Positions 26,146 through 37,249 are shown, numbered from the stretch's first letter. The stretch: 37,249 bases of DNA from Sphaeroforma arctica JP610 (GCF_001186125.1 NW_014040072.1:1-37249), one strand, 5' to 3'. The notes: generated by a model from the letters alone, not told the origin. Program-made: numbers and translations.

Positions 26146-26237
26146 ACGCAAATGAGGGCAATCAAGGCCGACGAAATCAACAGCAATGAGCACTAAAGAA
26201 AGGTCATGGAGCAACAGAAAGCGCACGAGGCGGGGGA

Positions 26238-26930
26238 TATAAGCAAGTCTCACTGATACCTAGGGACACTCCCCTTGTTCTCACCTTGAAGCATGCTCCG
26301 CCAACATACCAGAGAAATAAGGACCAAAGTCTCGGTTGTAGAGCCACCGTTGAGATGCGTTTTCTTGGGCCAAGTTGATATCAACCGAGAGCACCGGTCA
26401 AGACTGACTCCGATGGGTGTGGTTGAGAATTCCCTTGATAGTACAATTAGTTAATAGGTAATATGTAAGAATAGATAATGGTGACAGGTTTTTCATCTTA
26501 ACCCCTTAAGGGACGAGTTTTTCCCTGTACAGAAAAACCAACCTCTAGATAATCTAGTACTGTAAGATGCCACTTTCTACTCCTACGCAGGCTGAGAACC
26601 ATAAAGTAGGGGGGCTGTAGCATCTAGGGACCAGATTATCACAAAGCCAATCCAAATCCCAAAACCTCAGAATGATAAAATACGGAGTTTTGGGTCCGGT
26701 TCCAAATAATTCTTGATAGTAGGGCCATCAGAAATATTAGCGATAGACTACAGCTGAGAATGTAAATCAAGACTCCGCGTGAGAGAGAAACACTCAAGTA
26801 GAAACCCGAGTCTAGTGAAATAGAAAACATAAATAAAGACTCGGTTCGGTTATCTCAAACTGTGGACTTTTCCTAGCTGAGATATTCGTACTTGAGTAGA
26901 GGTCTATTCCTTCCTTTGGTCGTATCTTTT
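26238..26930 (+). repeat. Candidate 3' LTR region of the gypsy element (boundaries uncertain)
   Basis: Follows the PPT-like tract, is non-coding, and has AATAAA near 26832. No 5' LTR is present in the window for comparison. Confidence 0.35.
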
Positions 26931-26988
26931 CAGCTACTCTCTACATTTTACACATGGAGCATATTGTTATCTGACGCTCCGAACAGTT

Positions 26989-27074
26989 CAGCGAAATGAT
27001 CTACAGCGAAATGATCTACAGCGAAATGATCTACAGCGAAATGATCTACAGCGAAATGATCTACAGCAAAATGA
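26989..27074. repeat. 15-bp tandem repeat, 5 perfect copies plus a partial copy
   Basis: cagcgaaatgatcta x5. Confidence 0.95.
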
Positions 27075-28842
27075 AACCTCCCACATTCGAAGACGTAAGT
27101 CGAGCTTGGAAAGTCGACAGAACTGGAAAGACTCTACAACTGTATTGGCGACGCATTGCAAACTATTTTTTCCTATGATCGTGTATATTCTTTTGTATCA
27201 TAACTACAGTAATGTAGGAGAAGGTACACAGGAAATTGGCACCATTTGACAACGTGGTGATGAGCAGAGGTACTACATTCTTCTCCGCTTGAGTGCAATA
27301 TTGTCGAAGGTTACAATATGAATAGCACTCTTTATAACTCCGAAAAACTCACTTTCTTGACCGGTATTGTCCACAAGGACTATATCACCCAAATAACTCA
27401 TCATCAGCTGTCTAACACTTGTATGTCATAAAGCTACAAAAGAACTTCGGCCTATGCACGACAGACCGCCATTAAAATCAAAGCCCATTTTTTAAACACT
27501 ACCACGCCTATTGTAACATACATACATTGTAACTTATCATTTTTGAAATAAACGATATTATTCCTACCACGCTTACAACCCTGTAATATGCATTTGCCGC
27601 CTCGACTGACCTCATTTGCCACAAGTGTAAAAGTTATAATCATATTTCACGTATCTGCAGATATCACATTTCCAACTTTAGAGGCCGCAGAGAAAACAGA
27701 GGTTGAAGAGTCATGGAGTCCGTGAAAGATGAATGCAGGTCCGTGACATGATGTGAAGGGTCACTGTGGTGCCCACACCACCCGCACTGATCGCCTATCT
27801 GGTTACAGAACCAACACGTTGGATTCAACAACATACTTGAAAATCAGAGGTATGCAAGTTTTCGTTCTCAAGACTTTCAGCAATATGCTAATTCTTCATA
27901 TGCCACTGATCCAGATATTCAAACAGCTTACTCATTAGTCTGCAAGTAGCATTTAATCACAAAGGTGTCACCGCCAAACATCAGCAAAACGCTAATAGGA
28001 TCCAATCACAATTTTGCCAGATGCAACTACCAACGAACTCCTGTATGATGCGACAGTATTTAGTCAACGCACATGCCAATCAGGTGGGAACAGAACACAA
28101 CCCGTGACCGTCACTTATGAGGGGTTCAGGCAGATAGTGACTGCACGGGAATTCATTTGCGACAAAGTATATACTACCATATGCAAATATGACTCTCGCA
28201 CTCGATTGACCAATCACAACTAATACTACATATATAGACACAATAGTTGCTGATCGAAACTGTATCAAATCTACATTGCGTACCACATTGTACGATCTGG
28301 GAACAACCCAGCTGTATGAAAGCTTTGCGTTTCCGCAGCTAAGTGTGCGCTTGGTATCTGTCAACGGGTATATCTTTGCAGACCCCTGACAGACGCATTA
28401 AACATATAGCAGAAGACGTATCTAATGTATTTTGTCGATTTATTTGAACTCTTGGAATTTTTGTATTTAGCTTATGTCACTTAGCATCGTTTTCTAACAC
28501 ATTCCCGTGATGTACCATCTGGCTTAAAACCACATGACAAAAAGTTCAGGCCATAAAATTTAAAAAATGAGTCATCGTGGAAATATAAGATTTATGTCGT
28601 CGGACATCCAGTTGCGATAGAACACGGCTTCAGGGGACAGCTAATGTATAACACATCGTGACATCCGAGAGCTGTAATTGGGTGCTTTATTGAAAAACTT
28701 ATATCGATCATCGCACGACAATCTGGCTGTGTAAAAATTTATAGATTTACTAATATTTACTATTTATAGGATGATGATAGCAAAATAACTATACAAACAG
28801 CACGCAAGCAGTTTAAGTAAACAGCTAGTATTTGACTTACGT

Positions 28843-29178
28843 AACCGGTAAAGAGCTTCACCAATACATCTGCATTTGTCATCATTGTCAAGTACCTGGT
28901 GGATGGTCGATGACATGACCTAAGAAAATAATGAGTTGGTGTACAGTATAAGAGCTCTGAGTTATCGGACATCATGTTGGAATGAATGATAATTGTCTGT
29001 TCTAAATATATCAACTAGTATTGAACTTTCTCAACCAATACAGAGCTTCTCCAATACAACTGCCTTTGTCATCACTGCCATACAGGTGGTGGACGGTTGT
29101 TGCTATGAGATAGAGTGGTATATGTGCTGGCGTGAATTATGAGAGCTTCGCGCTATCGAACACCTTGTTGGGACGAAT
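28843..29178. repeat. Diverged direct repeat, ~135-145 bp, offset 190 bp
   Basis: agagcttcaccaatacatctgcatttgtcatcattg (28852) vs agagcttctccaatacaactgcctttgtcatcactg (29042); similarity continues to 28987 and 29178. Confidence 0.8.
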
Positions 29179-30999
29179 ATCTCTCAAAATCCGGAATACA
29201 TAAAACGTAAAGGAAATATAGCGCCGATCAAACTATGCAAACTTGGCTATTTGAAGACGTATAGTATTTTTTAATGTAGGGATGCTCTATCATGGACTGT
29301 AATTGGTTATTCTGAAAGTAGTAATTTTCTACTAAATACTAAATATGTAGAAGACAAGGTTTCCGGCAGCAAGTGGAGACTGATTTATAATCAAATACTA
29401 TCAGAGCAAAATATTCCACTGTGAAATTGGACAAGCTTTATCTTTCTGGCCAGCCAACTAGATGTGCGTGTCTATGTCTCAAATGAGTGGAGAATTACCT
29501 AGTGGTTAGGTTCGAGATTCAGCGGAAATCCAGCACCAGCTTGTTGTTTTGATTTTTGAAGACGCCGTGGATGTTTATGATTGAACGATAGATTTGAAGC
29601 ATGGATGCGGCCAATCGATATCGCTTCAATCTGAGTTGTTGATGACCTGAAATAAGTATAGACCGAAGTAGTGAGTGATAGGAGCGGACCTATATAGACA
29701 AAAGTCTCAGTCTTAAAATTCCCATATCAATACCGAGGGCTATAACCAAACTTAATTTCTTTTGATATTTACCCTAATTAGACGGACTTTATATAGATAA
29801 GAAGACGTTTGTTTGCCAGTGAGACAGTATTAATAAGTTATTTACGCTCTATTTCCCATAGTATCCTCGATCACATTTAATTCCTTGATAATGATAGCCC
29901 ATTCCAGTGCCAAGTAATTGAACTTTGCTTTTCTTTCCTTTTCTGTATTCCAGAATATGATATCTTAGTCGGTTGGTGGTGTATTCCCCTTTGTCATTTA
30001 GATTCTGATGTGTGCTCGTTAACGTAGAATGCTAGGCTACATTCACATGCTTGATGCAAAATAATACCGGTACGAAACATACTTTTCTTTGAACAGTGAT
30101 TGCAAATATTTATTACTCACTGACAAAGAAGCCACTAATGACACTCAACTCTACCAAGCTACGTTTTCTTAGATACGGATATAACCGCTGGATGTACAGT
30201 AGCTAATATGAGTTTAAATTATATTTTATATATATACATCGAATCATTGAAAATGATTGTTCTTGTATGTCTGCGTATACAGAGGAAAGTAAATACATAA
30301 GCGTCAGCCAATGTTAGCAAAGAATGTCACCACGTAGAACTGGCTGAGTAAGGTGTATGTACGAATAGAGATAGATAAAGCTATAGAGTATGAATTACAA
30401 ATTACGTGTTCGTATACACTGCTGTATAGAGACTGCTGCGATCAACATTGAATAAATATATAAGTACGTTTCAGTATTATTCAAATTACAAACATTTGTA
30501 TCAATTCGCTATCCCTAGACTGTATAAACAAAGATTGAAGCCGCTTCGAATATCTCAGCCACGTTTATTCAAATATGTACAATTTCGCGGCAAATATACA
30601 ACACCGGTATACTTCCGAAAATTGGTAGGCGAATGACACGTTGTTGGTCGATTTTAGTACTTCGACCGGTACATAAAACCGCCATTCGTCAATTAAGTTT
30701 TCTATCAGGGTAGTCTTTCTACTTTTTGAAATTATAATCAGTGACTGCTGTAAGAATGCAATTTCTACCAATCTGACCATATTCCCAGAGTTGCTAGTAG
30801 CTCCACTCTCAACCAAATTAGTGATGAGTGACACGAGTAAGACTCACGCAAGCTTTATACACCTCCAGCTACAGAACTTTGAGTGTGATTGAATTGACCT
30901 TCGATCCAACTGTTGAAATTACCCAAACTCGTGCAACAAAGAAGGAACCTACATATCTGCTCTATATACATATACTATCAAAAGTCAGGTATACTTATT

Positions 31000-31058
31000 C
31001 TTGAATTCGTATTATATAATATTACTTGAATTCGTACTATATAATACTACTTGAATCC
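31000..31058. repeat. 25-bp tandem repeat, about 2.3 copies
   Basis: cttgaattcgta(t/c)tatataata(t/c)ta repeated. Confidence 0.8.
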
Positions 31059-31443
31059 ATACCAACAATGTGTTGTTTTCCCTTTTGTAAAACCTGCTCA
31101 CTGTCCTACACAAGGTTACTATACAACAAATTCTCAGTGGCTGTGAATTTGTGAATTTGAAGTGGCCTTTTATGATCTACGATAGCGGGTGGGCATGTAA
31201 AATCAAACATATGTACAGCTAGCGGGCACCCTGACGTGGCTCTCAAGATATAACAAAAATATTTTTCTACATTAATATTCCAGTTACAAATTTTCCACCG
31301 TAAGGAGATATTAAATCGCGACAAAAAATATATAAGTTAGTGATACTATTTTCTACATGTTTCGCCGTCATTGGTATACATAAAATCTCACGACATACCC
31401 CGGCTGTGGCGTCATGCTTAGGTAGCTGTTTTTGACATGTTTA

Positions 31444-31817
31444 TCAACAGGTAAAACTTTCCTCCACTGGATACAAAGTGTCTATTAGCGAGCACTGGCA
31501 TATGACGTTCCTGCGAAACGGGCAAATAGCCGTATTTTGCTCAACTTGTAGGCAGCAATACTCCGAATAGTGTACTTAAATCGATGCAGCTCTCCATTGC
31601 CGCTGACAGGATAAGTCAAATAATTAAATACATACCCTGCATGTGGTGTCATTTCAGATATCTGTTCATGAAAAGGTATTTCAACAGATAAAACTTGCCT
31701 CCAATGGGTACAAGGTGCCTATTAGCGAGTACGGCTCTGACATTCCTGCGGAATAATACTATAGTCAAATCGATACAGCTCAATATTGCCGTTAGCAGGA
31801 TAAGTCCAACAATTAAA
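31444..31817. repeat. Diverged direct repeat, offset 237 bp; first copy has an internal insertion
   Basis: tcaacaggtaaaactttcctccactggatacaaagtgtctattagcgag (31444) vs tcaacagataaaacttgcctccaatgggtacaaggtgcctattagcgag (31681); both end caggataagtc..aattaaa. Confidence 0.8.
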
Positions 31818-32235
31818 CTTGCTAAGGGCCGAATATGCAGCGATAACCTTTGTATACTACAATCCACTTATCTTTATTGATTCTTGCTTTATATTTATAT
31901 GTATTATTTGTAGTCATCAAATCGGTGCAATATGCATGCATGTTGAACCGTAACAAATGACATAGAAAGCTTTCAAGGCGAAGCGGAAGCTAACAGAAAC
32001 GCGAATTGATGGAAAATTGGCATCCATATACTAAAGGGTCAATTCACATACGGGTCGTTGAGAGGTGTACATATAACTCACCTTCACGACTGACAGAAAG
32101 AGTCTGTCGGTAAGAACCTTTACGATTCTTAGCTGACATATGGATGAGTCGAAACACCAAGGAACAGTAGTGAACGTCAGGCAGGTCAATTATGGCCGAT
32201 ACCAATATATTAAAAAAAAATAAAAAATAAACAAT

Positions 32236-32307
32236 TGACCGGTGAAAGGATCGAACTTCCGGCCGTAAGGTTTGGAATCTTACGCTCTACCGCTGAGCTA
32301 ACCAGCC
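32236..32307 (-). tRNA. tRNA-Trp (CCA)
   Basis: 72-nt cloverleaf GGCTGGT-TA-GCTC AGCGGTA GAGC-G-TAAGA TT CCA AA CCTTA-CGGCC-GGAAG TTCGATC CTTTC-ACCGGTC-A; downstream T-runs fit a Pol III terminator. Confidence 0.92.
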
Positions 32308-32921
32308 ATGAAGAGAGATTTAAATGCTAATATATAATGTATAGTTCTGAATTTTAAGTATCGCGCATATATTTATATTTAGTTCTACTGTTGGTGACAA
32401 GAGGTAAATACACGTCTCCAGAAACAGTTGTTCGAAAGTAACCAGACAATAGTCTATTATATTATATGTGTACGGAGTTCTCGCTGGTTGAGAGCTGAGG
32501 TAACTTTGAAAAAAGCCAGACTATACGCGGTGATTTAATCATATCTTCAGCTATTTAGTGTCAGGGCGTCGAATGCGTACATGAAAGATATTCTTGCTTG
32601 TGATGGTGAAAGGTGGTATTTGTTATGAGCTAAATAAATACAAGTACGACAACCTCGTTGCAAGAAATGAATGCACGACATTTTATTTATTTAAAAAGAA
32701 TATAATAGAAACAAACAAACAAAAATAGTGCGGATTAGTTGTTACTTTTAGGAGGCTATGGGTTTAGAGATAAATAAATAGGAAGGGGTGATGGGGCACA
32801 GCCTTCTGAAAATAGAACACTGGGGTTTTTATTAATATTTATAGCTGTCTCAAATATATTTATGAGTAAATATTAAAGTCTTTACAGTCCTATATATCTA
32901 TAAAGATTGAAAATGTTGTAT

Positions 32922-32993
32922 GGCTGGTTAGCTCAGCGGTAGAGCGTAAGATTCCAAACCTTACGGCCGGAAGTTCGATCCTTTCACCGGTCA
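32922..32993 (+). tRNA. tRNA-Trp (CCA), identical second copy
   Basis: Same 72-nt sequence, followed by CATTTTT. Confidence 0.92.
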
Positions 32994-34641
32994 CATTTTT
33001 ATTTCGTATAAATGTTCATCACAATTTCTCCGCAGTATTCATTGTGTTGTCCGGCGTAGGGGGCGATATTCACCTGGTGCCTATGTAACGTGTTGCATAT
33101 ATACAAATTCAACTGTATTTTCTCACACATAGTATATTTGGTTTATTTACACCACTATCACTCGAGCTCGAGGGGTATGTAGATGAGGGGCGAATCATTT
33201 CAGTTATTTGCGGACAAAACAGGTGCTCAAAGTCGACTTAGTATAAATTTTTCTGTTGATAGTTCCTCATCGTTTTAATTATACTGTGCATCGTGACGGA
33301 ATGGTAGGGCAACAATGCTGGCTCAATGTCTGTATGATTGCTTTTGTCGTCGCGGTAGTAGAACAACCGTATAAAGTTGAATCGTTAATGTACCAATTAA
33401 ATAGTTGACAAGTGGCGTCGACGTGTAGATTGTATGCAAACTAGCATAATGGCAAGGATCTTCGCGTACTTGACATGCATGACGTTGCTTCTATTGCATG
33501 AACTCTACACAACAGCCTACAATCTTAAATGAGTTATAGATAAAATCAATAGACAAATAGTGAAGCGAACATGGTAGCATGATGTGTTATGTGATTTCCT
33601 TCTATAACTTGAACTTTAAATCCAACAGATTTCTCAGTCGCACTTTGTGTATTGATTAAGTGAGTTTGATACACTATGACTGTGTATCGTATATGCATTA
33701 TCTGAACAAATTGCGACAATGTATATCGTAAATTCATCTACTCGCGCATGCTGTTTACTTGTACGTGTCCCAACTGGTTTTTTAACACAAGCGAATATCG
33801 TATTCCATGAACTCAAGTTATGTGCATCGTTATGCACAACTACATGCATATGTTCGATTGCACTGAAAGTCTATTTTGCTGTACAGAATTCTAAGAATGC
33901 AACACCTGAAGATTCCATTACTGTGCCAATGATAAGGGCGAGTGCCAAGAATATGTAGCGAAACTCACAACTACGGCTTATACTGGCCTTCACAAAAATA
34001 CCGAACAAATCACCAGACAGAAAACCACTCTGTTTCAAAATTAGTGTCTTTTAGGTATTTGCTATCATTATTTTAGCAGGGTCAACTGTTATGAGTGCCG
34101 TCGTTCCAGATATCTATACTGTGTATATCGGTTGCACTCAGCCTAAGCATCAGAGTACGCTCTCCTTATCGCGTCTGACTTCTCTGCACTGGTACCAATA
34201 ATATGCACTCCTCCTACACAATAACTCCATCACATGATCTCTGACAGCACTTTATGTGCATATCTTATCCACAAAATCCGATAGCTAGGGTGAGGACTCT
34301 CGAGTTGCGTTCGTTGACATACAAAATAAGTAGATTGAATAGATCTACAGACGGTCACCTGTGAGGAGATCATGTCCCATGTTCGCTTCAATAGAATGAT
34401 ATTCTATAACATCGTATGATGACTACCGCAGTTCCATTTTGCGCTAAGGCCTCTTTCCACGGTCCGTTGCACACTTTCAAATCACCTGTTTTCGTTCCGT
34501 GTCAAATCGCATTTGTTGTTTCCCGATATACACCAATCAGAGTGTACGTAAAGCGCTGGCGTGCTTTCCCGTTAAAGCTTATGACTAAGGGAGCTGCATA
34601 AGCGATACTCTAAACTCAAAAGACAAATGTTATTTGCCCGT

Positions 34642-37105
34642 CTAATCCTTCCGTCCTTGCTGCCCCATCACACAAACGACCTTGCAGGAAGGTTCCATAT
34701 CCTTCGATTTGTAGGAGATGAAGGACACTTCAATGGCTGGTGATTCGAATAGTCTTGTGACTAGCACTAACACCTTTCCTTTGCTCGGTCGCATGAAATC
34801 CGCCGACATGCTTACCAAATCCTCGCGAGTGTAAGGTGCAGACGTGGTGCTGTCCTGCTCCCACGCATCCTGCGCCAATGCGACGGCCATCTCCGCAGCG
34901 CATGCAGCCGCTCCTCCGTGCAGGTTGCCCATTGGGTTCTGGGTGGCGGCGCTGACTTCGAGGGTTGCATTGTATTTCCGTGTGCCCGGAGGGTAGCTCA
35001 TTAGGAAGTCTTCAATCGGATTGACCTGCGTACAACATGTTTGGCAGTATATCGTGTGAGTCATGTATATGTTATGATAGCTGGCTGTCTACATTACACT
35101 TGCGATGTATGCAAGCGGCGTGACCAAGCATTTACACAGGGAGATGCAAAGAGTGGTGTGCACCTTTATACAATTGTATATGGAAGATACCAGTGAGGGT
35201 CCAGAGAGAGCCACTAGAAGACTTTTTATGGGTTACACATCGTATATTGCCAGGTGATAGTTACTTTTATGTGATACACACCGTATATCGTCAGGTGATA
35301 GTTACTTCTATGTGATACACATCGTATATTGTCAATTGGATGAGCTCAAGTTCAATATCCAGTCATCGTCAGCCCAAAAGAGGGCTTGTCAGAAAACTTT
35401 CTCACCTGCGATCCTGTTTGTAAACCTAATCCCTTCCACGTGCTTCCGATCACATCAACTCCGCCACCCTGGTGAGGAGAAGGCGCAATGTCAAGTCACA
35501 ATTAATTTGGAAAGCTGTCCGATCTGTCGCACACGTCAGCTTCTTCAGTTAAAGAGGATTTCCAAAATCGCACTAAAAATTTATTTGGAGTTACGCAACG
35601 CAATAATTGCAATGCATGTATGTGCTCACAGGTAGTTTCCCACACTGTAGAGAACGATCACATATGGCGTTGGTCTGGCAAACTACATTGATTCACAAGC
35701 TTGTGACGAAGCTGGCCTATGCCAGACATAGGATTAGCATATTGCTTAATGAGTATAGTGTGACACTTCAAAAGCCAGGTGTATGAAAATATAGCTACAC
35801 GTAACCAAATCTTGCAATAAGTCGTATAATTCACTACTACCACGGTGCGCCCCTTTAAGCAAGAATCGAAGCCATCAAGTTGGTTGTACAAATACGTCCC
35901 GCACCTGCCTTCATTAGATTAGAGCCAATCAAATACCCTAATACCATTATCAAACAATGCAACAATGATAGAAAGAGGGAAGCCACAAAATTCACGGTAT
36001 AAAGGGAGCGCATACCGTTGGCACACTCACCCATACTTCACAAACAACAGCTATATATGTAAATACAAATACATTCTTTCCGCGTAGTGCTCGGTACAAG
36101 GTTAGAATAGCAACCGAGCGTTGCACAGCCAAACTGGAGTAGATCTACCTACCTTTACAGAGCATGACGGATTTTTGTCGTCCGGTGTATGCTGGTTGTT
36201 TTCGAAGTAGCGCTGTGAATACTTTCGCGCGGTGCTTATCAACAGAGGGTGCGTAGCCACGTCCCACGCCTTACCCATGTCGAGATATTTAGTGTGTCGG
36301 CCAGTGGCCAGTACTTCCCGTTCGGAGTCTACATGGCTATCGTCCACGGTGCCAGACGATGGAGTAGGGATCCGGTACAACTCCAGATCACAGAATGCCA
36401 CGGACTTGCCGACTTTCCGTGGTCGGGATCTGACGTACACCTGTAACGCGCAATTGAAAGCCCATAGTCAGCTTGCAAAAACCTCGATAACAGGATAGAT
36501 CGAGTGCAAGCACCGACCGGAACAGATCGGTACGATGACCGGCTCACTGAGAGAAATCTGTATATTGCATCACCATTATGCACAATTGCGCTGGAAAGCC
36601 CTTTCATAACCACAGGTACAGTCTCACTCAATAAACAGGCTGAATCATCCCGGAATTCTCGAACGATAAAACCACACGTGAATGATATATGGCTACTAAT
36701 GCACCACTCGAACGCAGCCTTTCAGCAGACAAGTCGGCGCTTTATCTTCAGAATATCTTTTCCGAGTGTTCCTGCAGTAAGTCACGTAAATACTGCAACT
36801 CACAACATTCGCACTCGACAATTCTCACATGTGCATGGTTGTGAAAACGGTTTTTAATACCCAAATCATATACTAAATCTCAAAATGACAAATGGGCACC
36901 AGTATACGGGAGCTTCACGCTCACATACTTTGTCACCCGGCTGGACACTCTGCAAGGCCGGCATCCGGTTTATCTCAAGGTTTAAGCTTTGTCCTGGCCG
37001 GTGTTGCTTGTCTTTGATCATAATACCTAATGTAGACACCTCATCAAACCATGCGAGTACGGACGATAGTCCTAGTCCAGCTTCATGGGATGCCCCGGAC
37101 AAGGT
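34642..37105 (-). CDS. Tandem (double) hotdog-fold acyl-CoA thioesterase, PaaI/ACOT13-like; 5' exons lie outside the window
   Basis: Exons 37105-36929, 36440-36153 and 35025-34642 are joined by phase-0 GT-AG introns. Domain 1: FDEVST..RPGQSLNLEI..PGDKV..KVGKSVAFCDLEL..LATGRHTKY. Domain 2: NPMGNLHGGAAA..E..VSMSADFMRP. TAG stop. Confidence 0.8.
35221..35334. repeat. 41-bp tandem repeat, about 2.5 copies, intronic
   Basis: tacacatcgtatattgccaggtgatagttacttttatgtga repeated with substitutions. Confidence 0.85.
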
Positions 37106-37161
37106 CTAAGGAATATAAATACCATTGCAAAGTGCCGCTCAGATGTATAATAACTATCATG

Positions 37162-37230
<69 letters not shown>

Positions 37231-37235
37231 ATATA
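37162..37235. repeat. (TA)n microsatellite, intronic
   Basis: Directly visible. Confidence 0.95.
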
Positions 37236-37249
37236 ATAAATTATTACTT

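Larger units (their letters stand above)
23525..26237 (+). mobile_element. Decayed, 5'-truncated Ty3/gypsy chromovirus pol: RT-RNaseH-methyltransferase-integrase-chromodomain
   Basis: QVCVDD (YVDD in the sister copy), NKCAF..ILG..QGLKADPEK..DW..P; RNase H NDASDNGI..YFSKGLNPAQECY..ELLALV..DHKAL; integrase H.LG(Q) Zn finger and IGPL..GHTYVLVWLD..FPQIIQTE..GANER; chromodomain; PPT-like gaggcggggga at 26227-26237. RT-RH-INT order is diagnostic of gypsy. Confidence 0.92.

Noticed and set aside
23525..26237. DIRS element as the explanation for the methyltransferase
   Set aside because: No tyrosine recombinase is visible, and the domain runs in frame into a gypsy-type integrase followed by a chromodomain and PPT.
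26482..26502. tttttcatcttaac shared with 17479-17492 as a common element terminus
   Set aside because: Only ~14 bp of AT-rich identity and the similarity does not extend; insufficient alone.
3194..37105. UGA-to-Trp genetic code reassignment suggested by the odd tRNA-Trp
   Set aside because: The reconstructed exons contain no in-frame TGA, and the GH20 gene appears to end in TGA.

Overview
Eukaryotic genomic DNA: intron-rich genes, (TG)n/(TA)n microsatellites and donors biased to GTATGT/GTGTGT. It resembles a unicellular opisthokont such as an ichthyosporean, but that is an unconfirmed inference. The left part holds a possible decayed LINE, a 6-exon bacterial-type GH20 chitobiase (minus) and a divergent 9-exon COQ8/ABC1 kinase (plus). 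The centre (17-27 kb) is a retroelement cluster: a minus-strand Ty3/gypsy RT fragment, a near full-length decayed Ty1/copia element (minus), and a decayed plus-strand Ty3/gypsy chromovirus. In the chromovirus pol, a DIRS/Dam-like N6-adenine DNA methyltransferase domain lies between RNase H and integrase, in frame with the integrase Zn finger, and a chromodomain ends the polyprotein. This is the most interesting signal in the window. The right part holds unexplained degenerate repeats, two identical head-to-head tRNA-Trp(CCA) genes with an A31-C39 anticodon-stem mismatch, and the 3' exons of a double hotdog-fold thioesterase (minus). All domain calls come from motif recognition by eye; no database search was run.
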